A stretch of DNA of 32,000 bases from the NCBI GenBank assembly GCA_032027005.1, contig JAVSMW010000015.1, positions 10,354 through 42,353 on the forward strand. Direction: 5' to 3'. Each line of letters opens with the position of its first letter. The stretch's first letter is position 1. A program made the translations under genes and the position numbers. The stretch comes from Thermincola sp. Lineage in GTDB: Bacteria > Bacillota > Thermincolia > Thermincolales > UBA2595. Of the stretch, positions 19,905 through 28,322 are shown in pieces. A model generated the notes under the pieces. The model saw only the letters and a program-made list of their open reading frames with translations, was not told where the DNA came from and made no database searches.

Positions 19905-19979
19905 TGGGTAGAAAAAAGGCGAGTTAGGGAACACTAACCACTGACCGCTCACCACTCATCACTCACCACTCCCCACTAC
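19873..19979. repeat. GTGGNNA heptamer palindromic element, copy C (largest)
   Basis: The left arm 19873-19911 is tandem heptamers (gtggaga gtggaga gtgggga gtgagta gtgggta). The right arm 19934-19979 is the complementary array (taaccac tgaccgc tcaccac tcatcac tcaccac tccccac). The loop is 22 nt. Confidence 0.8.
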
Positions 19980-20005
19980 AATGAATCAGGGAGGTGGCGT
20001 TATTA

Positions 20006-21553
20006 GTGGCGGCTGACCGAAAACCGTTAATGTTATTAATCCTGGATGGCTGGGGAATTAGCCGGGAAAAAGAGGGAAATGCAGTCGCTCAGGCCAATAC
20101 CCCCTATTTTGACAGCTTGATCTCTACATATCCTAATACCTTCCTGCAGGCCGGAGGTGAAGATGCCGGGCTGCCGGAAGGCCAAATGGGAAATTCAGAG
20201 GTGGGTCACCTTAATATTGGAGCAGGCCGGATAGTCTATCAGGACTTTACCCGGATTTCGAAATCCATCCGGGAAGGTGAATTTTTCAGCAACGAGGTTC
20301 TCCTGGCAGCTTTAAAAAATGCACGGGAAAAGGGGACTGCCCTGCATTTGATCGGTCTGCTTTCCGACGGTGGTGTGCACAGTCATATTACCCACCTTTA
20401 TGCTTTGCTGGAAATGGCCAAGCAGTGCGGGCTGTCAAGAGTCTTTGTCCATGCCCTGCTGGATGGGCGTGATGTACCCCCGGCCAATGCCAGGGAATAC
20501 ATTGATGCTTTGGAAAACAAATTTAAAGAGCTGGGCATCGGGGCTATCGCCACTGTGATGGGGCGTTATTATGCCATGGACCGTGACAAGAGATGGGACA
20601 GGGTTGAAAAAGCATATCATGCCATGACTTTAGGGGAGGGCTTAAAAGCAACCCTGGCCTCAGGGGCCGTTGCCCGTTCATATGAAGAAGGCAATACAGA
20701 TGAATTTGTGCTGCCCACAGTTATCAGTAAGCCGCCAGGGCAGCCGGTGGGCGTAATAAGTGACGGGGATTCGGTTATTTTCTTTAATTTCCGCCCTGAC
20801 AGGGCCAGGGAAATTACCAGAGCCTTCGTAGATGAAGATTTTACCGGTTTTCCACGCCGGCCGGGTTTTCCCAAAGTTCATTATGTGTGCATGACACAAT
20901 ATGACAAGACTATTAATGCCCCTGTTGCCTTCAGACCGCAGACCCTGGCCAATACCCTGGGGGAATACCTCGGCAGGCAGGGACTTAGGCAGCTCAGGAT
21001 TGCCGAAACTGAGAAATATGCTCATGTGACCTTCTTTTTCAACGGGGGGGTAGAGCCCCCCAATGAGGGCGAGGAACGGATTCTGATCCCTTCTCCCAAA
21101 GTGGCCACCTATGACATTAAGCCTGAAATGAGTGCTTATGAGGTAACCGAGGCGGTACTTAAGGAGATTGATGCAGATACGTTTGACGTTATAATTCAAA
21201 ACTTTGCCAATCCTGATATGGTGGGGCATACAGGTGTGATGGAAGCTGCAGTTAAAGCAGTGGAGGTCATTGATGATTGTTTGTCCAGGATAGTGGAAAA
21301 GGTGAAAGCCCGGAATGGCATCGTATTAATTACGGCAGACCATGGGAATGCTGAGCAAATGGTTGATGCCGGGGATGGGCAGCCTTTTACCGCCCATACA
21401 ACGAACCCGGTCCCCTTTATTTATATTGATGACCGGCATAAAAATGCCAGGCTCAAGGAAGGCCGGCTGGAAGACATAGCTCCTACCATGCTCAGGCTGC
21501 TGGGACTTGAGATACCTGCAGAGATGACGGGTAAGCCCCTGATAGGCAGGTAA
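20006..21553 (+). CDS. gpmI: 2,3-bisphosphoglycerate-independent phosphoglycerate mutase
   Basis: [31 protein letters not shown] and ADHGNAE motifs. I prefer GTG 20006, 8 nt after GGAGGTGG, over track start 19994, which lies inside the RBS. Confidence 0.92.
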   Translation: MAADRKPLMLLILDGWGISREKEGNAVAQANTPYFDSLISTYPNTFLQAGGEDAGLPEGQMGNSEVGHLNIGAGRIVYQDFTRISKSIREGEFFSNEVLLAALKNAREKGTALHLIGLLSDGGVHSHITHLYALLEMAKQCGLSRVFVHALLDGRDVPPANAREYIDALENKFKELGIGAIATVMGRYYAMDRDKRWDRVEKAYHAMTLGEGLKATLASGAVARSYEEGNTDEFVLPTVISKPPGQPVGVISDGDSVIFFNFRPDRAREITRAFVDEDFTGFPRRPGFPKVHYVCMTQYDKTINAPVAFRPQTLANTLGEYLGRQGLRQLRIAETEKYAHVTFFFNGGVEPPNEGEERILIPSPKVATYDIKPEMSAYEVTEAVLKEIDADTFDVIIQNFANPDMVGHTGVMEAAVKAVEVIDDCLSRIVEKVKARNGIVLITADHGNAEQMVDAGDGQPFTAHTTNPVPFIYIDDRHKNARLKEGRLEDIAPTMLRLLGLEIPAEMTGKPLIGR

Positions 21554-22897
<1,344 letters not shown>

Positions 22898-22920
22898 CAC
22901 TTTCATAATAAAATAGTAAT

Positions 22921-22978
22921 AATAACAAGTCTGCAGTCATAGAAGTATTAGGGGTGCAGACTTGTTATTCCTATTTTT
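22921..22978 (+). terminator. Intrinsic terminator of the glycolytic operon
   Basis: Perfect 15-bp stem aataacaagtctgca (22921-22935) / tgcagacttgttatt (22955-22969), then cctattttt. Confidence 0.8.
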
Positions 22979-23025
22979 GCTGTAGTCAAAAGGTTTTGAA
23001 TCTTCTTGATATTGCCTGAATTATG

Positions 23026-23054
23026 TTGTTTTTTTATGTTTTCTATGGTATAAT
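23026..23054 (+). promoter_or_regulatory. Sigma-A promoter of hppA
   Basis: TTGTTT (23026-23031), 17-nt spacer, TATAAT (23049-23054) with TG extension (TGGTATAAT). This leaves a ~150-nt leader. Confidence 0.55.
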
Positions 23055-23204
23055 TGACCATCATGGGTTGAGCTGGTTTGGGGGTTGTAGACTACATATC
23101 AGGTTTACTTGTTTGACCGTCAGCCCATGTGAAAATAGGGGTTAGAGACAAAGCACCCCAGGGTTATCCTAAAATACAAAGTATGAGGAGAGTGAGAGTT
23201 TCCA

Positions 23205-25310
23205 ATGAATTTAAGTGATCCGACTAGTGCTTTGGCTTGGTTATCATTTGGCGCAGGTATCATTTCTCTTATCGTAGCGTTCTTATTCCTTGCCAATGTA
23301 CTAAAGCAAGACCCGGGTACTCCGAGAATGAAGGAATTATCCGACGCTATCTTTGAAGGGGCAATGGCATTTCTAAACCGCCAGTACAAATCTATGGCTC
23401 CGATTGTAGCTATCATTTTCATTATTCTTTTGGCTGTTGGCATGACAAACCCTGCCTTGTTAATGGAAGTAAAAGATGAGAGTATTGATTTGACAAGTAT
23501 GTCAACTAAACTGGCCCTGCCTATCTCATTCCTGGTAGGTGCAGTTGCATCAGCAATTGCCGGATACTGTGGGATGGTTAGTACAACTAAATCAAATGCC
23601 CGTACAACCCACGCTGCCCGTAAAGGTCTGCAAAGAGCCCTGACCATTGCCTTCCGCGGTGGTGCTGTTATGGGTCTGTCAGTTGCAGGTCTCGGTTTGG
23701 CCGGTGTATCAGGACTTTATTTATTGTTTGGAAATCCGGCAGTTATCAACAGTTTCGCCTTTGGAGCCAGCGCCGTAGCTCTGTTTGCGCGGATTGGCGG
23801 TGGTATTTATACCAAAGCTGCTGACGTAGGTGCTGACCTCGTTGGTAAAGTTGAAGCCGGAATCCCCGAAGATGACCCGCGGAACCCCGCTGTTATCGCT
23901 GACAACGTAGGTGATAACGTTGGTGACACCGCCGGTATGGGTGCTGACTTGTTTGAGTCCTATGCTGCAACTGCTATTGCTGCCATGGTTATTGGTAACA
24001 AGGTTCTTGGCATTGAGGGTGTACTTTTCCCACTGTTGATCGGTGCTATAGGTATTATCGCTTCTATCATCAGTACTGCTTTTGTACGTATGAGCAGCGA
24101 AGACTCCAACCCACAGACTGCATTGAATATGGGTCTGTATGGAACCAACATTCTCACAGCCATAGCAGGTTACTTCCTGGCGAAAGCTCTGTTTGGTGAT
24201 GTAGCCATGGGTATTTTCATCGGTATTGTTATGGGTCTTGTAACCAATATCGCTATTGGCTATATTACTGAGTTATATACTTCTTATAATTATCGTCCGG
24301 CTCAGGAAATTGCTGAGGCGTCCCAGACCGGTCCGGCCACTAACATCATCAAGGGTCTGGCTGTTGGTCTGAAGTCTACAGTTTATCCGGTGCTGGTTAT
24401 CGTTATAGCTATCTGGGTGTCTTATTTCTTTGCTGAAAATGCCGGAGAACACCTAGGAATCTATGGTATCGCCATGGCTGCCATGGGGATGCTCTCAACT
24501 GCAGGTATGGTTGTAGCCATCGACTCCTTCGGTCCGGTAGCTGACAACGCCGGTGGTATTGCTGAAATGGCAGAACTGGGACCGGAAGTTCGGAAGAACA
24601 CCGACCGCCTGGATGCTGTTGGTAACACAACTGCTGCAGTGGCCAAAGGTTTCGCTATCGGTTCTGCAGCTTTAACAGCTCTGGCTCTGTTTACCGCCTA
24701 TGCTGAGTCTGCAGGTTTAGCTGAAGCAGGCATCAACATTCTGGAGCCCATTGTTATTATCGGTCTGTTTATCGGTGCAACTGTACCCTTCCTTGTAGCA
24801 TCATTTGCTATGGAGGCTGTTGGTAAAGCTGCTTTTGAAATGATTGACGAAGTACGCCGTCAGTTCCGTGAGATTCCCGGCCTGATGGAAGGTAAAGCCA
24901 AGCCCGACTATGCCCGCTGTGTTGACATCAGTACCCGGGCTGCTATCAAGCAAATGGTTGCTCCCGGTCTCGTGGCAATTGGTACCCCTGTAGTTGTTGG
25001 CTTCCTCCTGGGACCTCTGGCTCTCGGTGCTGTGCTGGCCGGTGGTACCGCTTCCGGTGTGTTACTGGCCCTCTTCATGGCTAACGCCGGTGGTGCCTGG
25101 GATAACGCTAAGAAATATATTGAGACCGGCAAATTAGGCGGCAAAGGCAGCGAAGTTCACAAAGCGGCAGTTACCGGTGACACCGTAGGTGACCCCTTCA
25201 AGGATACAGCCGGTCCTGCCATGAACCCGCTGATCAAGGTTATGGGGACTATCTCCCTGATCTTGGCTCCGATTGTGGCGAAGGTGTACTTGTTCAAAGA
25301 TCTGATCTAA
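23205..25310 (+). CDS. hppA: Membrane-integral ion-translocating pyrophosphatase, K+-dependent type
   Basis: [29 protein letters not shown] and [17 protein letters not shown] motifs. [10 protein letters not shown] has Ala rather than Lys at the position known to distinguish K+-dependent enzymes. Confidence 0.93.
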   Translation: MNLSDPTSALAWLSFGAGIISLIVAFLFLANVLKQDPGTPRMKELSDAIFEGAMAFLNRQYKSMAPIVAIIFIILLAVGMTNPALLMEVKDESIDLTSMSTKLALPISFLVGAVASAIAGYCGMVSTTKSNARTTHAARKGLQRALTIAFRGGAVMGLSVAGLGLAGVSGLYLLFGNPAVINSFAFGASAVALFARIGGGIYTKAADVGADLVGKVEAGIPEDDPRNPAVIADNVGDNVGDTAGMGADLFESYAATAIAAMVIGNKVLGIEGVLFPLLIGAIGIIASIISTAFVRMSSEDSNPQTALNMGLYGTNILTAIAGYFLAKALFGDVAMGIFIGIVMGLVTNIAIGYITELYTSYNYRPAQEIAEASQTGPATNIIKGLAVGLKSTVYPVLVIVIAIWVSYFFAENAGEHLGIYGIAMAAMGMLSTAGMVVAIDSFGPVADNAGGIAEMAELGPEVRKNTDRLDAVGNTTAAVAKGFAIGSAALTALALFTAYAESAGLAEAGINILEPIVIIGLFIGATVPFLVASFAMEAVGKAAFEMIDEVRRQFREIPGLMEGKAKPDYARCVDISTRAAIKQMVAPGLVAIGTPVVVGFLLGPLALGAVLAGGTASGVLLALFMANAGGAWDNAKKYIETGKLGGKGSEVHKAAVTGDTVGDPFKDTAGPAMNPLIKVMGTISLILAPIVAKVYLFKDLI

Positions 25311-25313
25311 TTT

Positions 25314-25360
25314 GCAAATAGATTGAGGGTGCAGAGGAATCTGCACCCTCAATTATTTGC
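25314..25360. terminator. Long hairpin after hppA, potentially a bidirectional terminator
   Basis: 20-bp stem with one bulge. The GC-rich upper part is attgagggtgcag (25322-25334) / ctgcaccctcaat (25341-25353). The A/T-rich lower stem can act as a U-tract on either strand. Confidence 0.75.
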
Positions 25361-25380
25361 GATGCATGCTATGTGCATGC

Positions 25381-25494
25381 AGGTGAAAATGCCCTCTGGC
25401 TTCGTTGCGCTGGCCGACCCAATCCTCAACGTACAACTAGTACGCCTCCGGTTGGGTCGGCCAGTGCGCCTTGCCAGAGGGCATTTTCACACCT
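25381..25494 (-). repeat. Conserved-apex long hairpin, copy 1 (candidate structured RNA; strand inferred from G-U pairs)
   Basis: Arms: 17-bp perfect gtgaaaatgccctctgg / ccagagggcattttcac, plus 16-bp gcgctggccgacccaa / ttgggtcggccag(tg)cgc. The apex 25421-25453 is the reverse complement of the apex of copy 2 (31101-31135). Confidence 0.8.
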
Positions 25495-25552
25495 CTGGGT
25501 CGGAAATTTGGCCAATAATATTTATGCAAGATTCTTTGGTAACTCAGCTAAA

Positions 25553-25872
25553 TTTTTGCTTACCAGTGAATCCGAGCAGTTATTACCGTTTGCGGAAGTT
25601 TCCCTTGGGCGGCATCGTTATGAATCTTGCTGTAAAGCGGAGAGCAGCAAGCCGGGGAGTCCCCGTATGTCCGCAGACGGCGAAGGCCGCCGGGAAGTTT
25701 CGCTGGCTATAATCGCGAAATGGGAGGCGGCCCTCTCATAAGGAATGCATTCTGAGCCGTCAAGTTCGGGGACGCCGGCTTGCTGCCGGAGCTTTACAGC
25801 TAGATGAATAGATGCCGCCCTAGGAAACTGGAGCAAACGGTAATACCTGCGGTGGATTATGGTGAGCAGAAA
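25553..25872 (+). ncRNA. Candidate large structured RNA: ~320-nt rod-like imperfect hairpin with a multi-hairpin apex (unclassified)
   Basis: Perfect helices: 13 bp (25581-25593/25833-25845), 7 bp (25597-25603/25823-25829), 10 bp (25607-25616/25811-25820), 10 bp (25629-25638/25791-25800), 12 bp (25644-25655/25775-25786), 6 bp (25660-25665/25767-25772). They are separated by small internal loops. The 101-nt apex holds at least 3 local hairpins. Confidence 0.45.
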
Positions 25873-25908
25873 ATTGAGGGAAGCTAAGAATAATCTTAAG
25901 CCCAACAC

Positions 25909-25937
25909 TTGCTTTCAACAAACTGCCGGGTTATAAT
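25909..25937 (+). promoter_or_regulatory. Sigma-A promoter of the GntR/YtrA-like operon
   Basis: TTGCTT (25909-25914), 17-nt spacer, TATAAT (25932-25937). Confidence 0.6.
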
Positions 25938-25950
25938 ATAAGTGTATTAG

Positions 25951-25962
25951 TGTACTAGTACA
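25951..25962. promoter_or_regulatory. Perfect 12-bp palindrome, likely autoregulatory operator
   Basis: TGTACTAGTACA lies just downstream of the -10 box, preceded by a GTGTA half-site (25942-25946). The position is typical for a GntR/YtrA operator. Confidence 0.5.
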
Positions 25963-25981
25963 GCATGAGGAGGCGGAGCAG

Positions 25982-26371
25982 TTGTGGTTTCATGTTGATC
26001 CCTCAAGTGGAGTGCCGATATATTTACAGATACTTAACCAGGTGAAACGAGCGGCTGCTTCAGGCATGCTCAAACCCGGAGACCAGATGCCTTCGGTGCG
26101 GGAACTGGCTACTGAACTCACCGTAAACCCCAATACCATTGCCAAAGCTTATCGGGAACTGGAACGCGACGGGGTGATTAAGACAGTACGCGGTGTAGGC
26201 ACCTTCGTGGCTGAAACAGAAGTTAAAATTGTCCATGAGGAACGGGTCAAGGTTATTTATAATGCCATTGACAAAGTACTTGTCGAAGCCCATTACCTGG
26301 GATTTAACGAAAATGAGGTCAGACAGTTTATAGATGATCGCATCAGGGAATGGAAGGAGAGGAAAAAGTGA
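25982..26371 (+). CDS. GntR-family transcriptional regulator, YtrA subfamily
   Basis: IYLQILNQVKRAAASGMLKPGDQMPSVRELATELTVNPNTIAKAYRELERDGVI is a GntR wHTH, and the short C-terminal helical domain is typical of YtrA. TTG start lies 8 nt after GAGGAGG. Confidence 0.85.
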   Translation: MWFHVDPSSGVPIYLQILNQVKRAAASGMLKPGDQMPSVRELATELTVNPNTIAKAYRELERDGVIKTVRGVGTFVAETEVKIVHEERVKVIYNAIDKVLVEAHYLGFNENEVRQFIDDRIREWKERKK

Positions 26372-26529
26372 TGATGGAAATTGCTATAAAAACCAGCGAG
26401 TTAACCAAAAGCTATGCCGTCATTCAGGCTATTAATGGTCTGAATCTGCAGGTTAACAAGGGAAGTATATACGGTTTCCTGGGCCGGAATGGGGCAGGCA
26501 AAACTACTACTATCGGTAATGTTGTTTGA
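26371..26529 (+). pseudogene. ABC transporter ATP-binding protein, N-terminal 52-aa fragment ending just after Walker A
   Basis: My translation is MMEIAIKTSELTKSYAVIQAINGLNLQVNKGSIYGFLGRNGAGKTTTIGNVV followed by TGA at 26527-26529. The start overlaps the regulator stop. Q-loop, signature and Walker B are all absent. Confidence 0.75.
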
Positions 26530-26535
26530 GAAAAA

Positions 26536-26751
26536 ATGAAAAGTGCGTTAGCTTCCATCTTTACCGTGTTTTTGCTGCAAATATCATCTTGGCTGCCGTT
26601 CTCAAAAAAATTCTCAATTTTTTATCATATGTCAGGGCCGGGGATTTATTCCGGACATGGCTTCCCGTATATAACCCTGGTGGTTTTGGCAGCAATATCG
26701 GCACCACTTTACTATCTTGGCAGAACGAGATTTGTGAGCAGGGACTTTTAA
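26536..26751 (+). pseudogene. Probable C-terminal remnant of the cognate ABC-2 type permease
   Basis: Same reading frame as the ATPase fragment. Hydrophobic ALASIFTVFLLQISSWL and YITLVVLAAISAPLYYL end in a basic/acidic tail (GRTRFVSRDF), as in ABC-2 permease C-termini. No RBS. Confidence 0.4.
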
Positions 26752-26810
26752 AACCATGGCTGGAATGGAAGAGTCAGGTTTGTTTACCGTTAATGAAAAG
26801 GAGGGGCATT

Positions 26811-27692
26811 ATGACAATCTATAAACCGACACCAGGTAAAGGATTTTTTTGGAGCGTTATTTTTATGATATTTGTGACCGGTGCTGTGGCTGCGCCTCTG
26901 ATAATCAGTACAGTCAGCGGCACGCCGCGGCTGGAGTTCCAGCTTATCATGGGTGGGGTCCTGGTATTGGTCCTGGGGATTTTTGGATATCTGGCCTGGA
27001 CGGCAAAAAATCTCACGTATGAGATTAATAAGGAAAACATGACAATTAAATGGGCTTTTAACAGGAAGACTATACCACTGACCAGTATCAAAGGCATTAA
27101 CCGGGTGGTTGGCAATAGTGCCACCAAAGTAGTAGGGGCCAGTCTGCCGGGTTTGCATATCGGGTCCTTCACCAGTCCAACGGGAAAAGGCTCAATAAAT
27201 CTTTTTGCCACCAGGCTATGGGGAGAAATCCTGCTTATCCGGACCAAATGGGAATTAATCGGAATTACCCCGGAAAACCCCGAAGAGTACCTGGAAGAAT
27301 TGTCTGCCAAAGTACCAGGCCTTAACTCTGACGGCCTGGCCGGTTTAGATCATAATCCCGCACCTTTTTCGCCCTGGCAGGCAAAACACTTCCTGGCCGT
27401 GATGGGCTTAACGGCAGCGACCATAATTGGTACAGGAATATACCTCTTGAAAACTATTCCAGCCCTGCCGGCAAAAATCCCAATGCACTATGATTTTTAC
27501 GGTCAGGTCAACCGCTATGGCTCTCCCAGTGAATTATGGGTAATTTATGGGATTGGGGTTGGCATAGTGGCTTTCATGATAATCCTCATGAGCACAGTTG
27601 TCAGAAACAACCGGACATCAGCATATTTGATGGCTTATACGTCGCTATTCATTGCCATCTTGTTTTCGGTAATCAGTATAGCTATTGGATAA
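26811..27692 (+). CDS. Membrane protein with a bacterial PH-like domain and a C-terminal DUF1648/SdpI-like region
   Basis: ATG 26811 follows AAAGGAGGGG. Two TM helices are followed by YEINKENMTIKWAFNRKTIPLTSIKGI (bPH-like). The C-terminal IPMHYDFYGQVNRYGS plus TM helices resembles DUF1648. Confidence 0.6.
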   Translation: MTIYKPTPGKGFFWSVIFMIFVTGAVAAPLIISTVSGTPRLEFQLIMGGVLVLVLGIFGYLAWTAKNLTYEINKENMTIKWAFNRKTIPLTSIKGINRVVGNSATKVVGASLPGLHIGSFTSPTGKGSINLFATRLWGEILLIRTKWELIGITPENPEEYLEELSAKVPGLNSDGLAGLDHNPAPFSPWQAKHFLAVMGLTAATIIGTGIYLLKTIPALPAKIPMHYDFYGQVNRYGSPSELWVIYGIGVGIVAFMIILMSTVVRNNRTSAYLMAYTSLFIAILFSVISIAIG

Positions 27693-27702
27693 GAAGTGAC
27701 CT

Positions 27703-27770
27703 GTTGTTAGTGGCGATTTGACAAGTGAGAGGCGATCTTCACTAACCACTCGCCCTAACAACTAACCACT
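27703..27770. repeat. Heptamer-repeat-related palindromic element, copy D
   Basis: gttgttag(t)ggcga (27703-27716) pairs with tcgccctaacaac (27750-27762). It contains ctaaccact twice (27742, 27762), a 9-mer also present in copy C at 19934. Confidence 0.6.
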
Positions 27771-27785
27771 AAAATGTATTTTCTG

Positions 27786-27814
27786 TTGCCAATGCGGACA
27801 AAATATGCTAAAAT
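27786..27814 (+). promoter_or_regulatory. Sigma-A promoter of secG
   Basis: TTGCCA (27786-27791), 17-nt spacer, TAAAAT (27809-27814) with upstream TGc. Confidence 0.6.
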
Positions 27815-27852
27815 TTAAATGTTGATTTTGTAAATCACCGGGAGGTGATATT

Positions 27853-28092
27853 TTGAACGCTTTACGCATTATTGTTTCGATGTTTCATATAATTTTTGCA
27901 CTTGGTGTAGTTGTTACCGTCTTGCTACAGTCTGGTAAAAGTGCCGGTTTATCCGGATCTATAGCCGGTGGTGCAGAAACCTTTTTTGGCAAAAAAAAGG
28001 GTATGGATGAGTTTCTCGGCAAATTATCCGCCGGTTTCGCAGTTGGTTTCCTGCTGACTTCTTTATTACTTAGCGTACCAGCATTAAGATAG
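27853..28092 (+). CDS. secG: Preprotein translocase subunit SecG
   Basis: 79 aa, two TM helices, conserved VLLQSGKSAGLSGSIAGG motif. TTG start follows GGAGGTGA. Confidence 0.85.
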   Translation: MNALRIIVSMFHIIFALGVVVTVLLQSGKSAGLSGSIAGGAETFFGKKKGMDEFLGKLSAGFAVGFLLTSLLLSVPALR

Positions 28093-28108
28093 TTGTTTGG
28101 GGATGATT

Positions 28109-28140
28109 AGTAGTGCCGTTTATCGGCACTATTTTTATTT
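28109..28140 (+). terminator. Intrinsic terminator after secG
   Basis: Stem tagtgccg / cggcacta, loop tttat, then TTTTTATTT. Confidence 0.8.
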
Positions 28141-28196
28141 ACACATGGAAAAGAGTTTACCTGGTGAAAAATTTCGGGACAGCTGTCAAGGCTGAA

Positions 28197-28205
28197 TGGT
28201 ATAAT
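28197..28205 (+). promoter_or_regulatory. Extended -10 box TGGTATAAT upstream of rnr
   Basis: TGgTATAAT at 28197-28205, about 115 nt upstream of the rnr ATG. Confidence 0.4.
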
Positions 28206-28322
28206 ATTTAGTAAATGGCCATGAAGGATATTCACGATGTTTTGGGGCTGTAATAATTCGATTAACGACTGCGTTTGCCAATTTAACAAGGTGGGCAGAC
28301 TAAGGACAAAGAAGGTGACGAA

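Noticed and set aside
19873-19979. Heptamer repeats as a CRISPR array or minisatellite
   Set aside because: The units are 7 nt with no spacers and are arranged as two complementary arms of a hairpin. No cas genes are nearby.
25553-25872. Identity of the long rod hairpin as 6S RNA, SRP RNA, RNase P RNA or group II intron domain V
   Set aside because: It is too long for 6S RNA (~190 nt) and has no large central bubble. It lacks the SRP GGUCCGGAAGGAAGCAGCC helix-8 motif, the RNase P GAGGAAAGUCC motif, and a full domain V consensus. It is left unclassified.
25323-25908. Three overlapping track ORFs (25323-25712 +, 25373-25741 +, 25618-25908 -) in the hppA-GntR gap
   Set aside because: None has an RBS, and they overlap each other in different frames. 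They are products of the long inverted repeats, since palindromic DNA gives open frames on both strands. Their composition is Arg/Pro/Ala-rich and unlike neighbouring genes.
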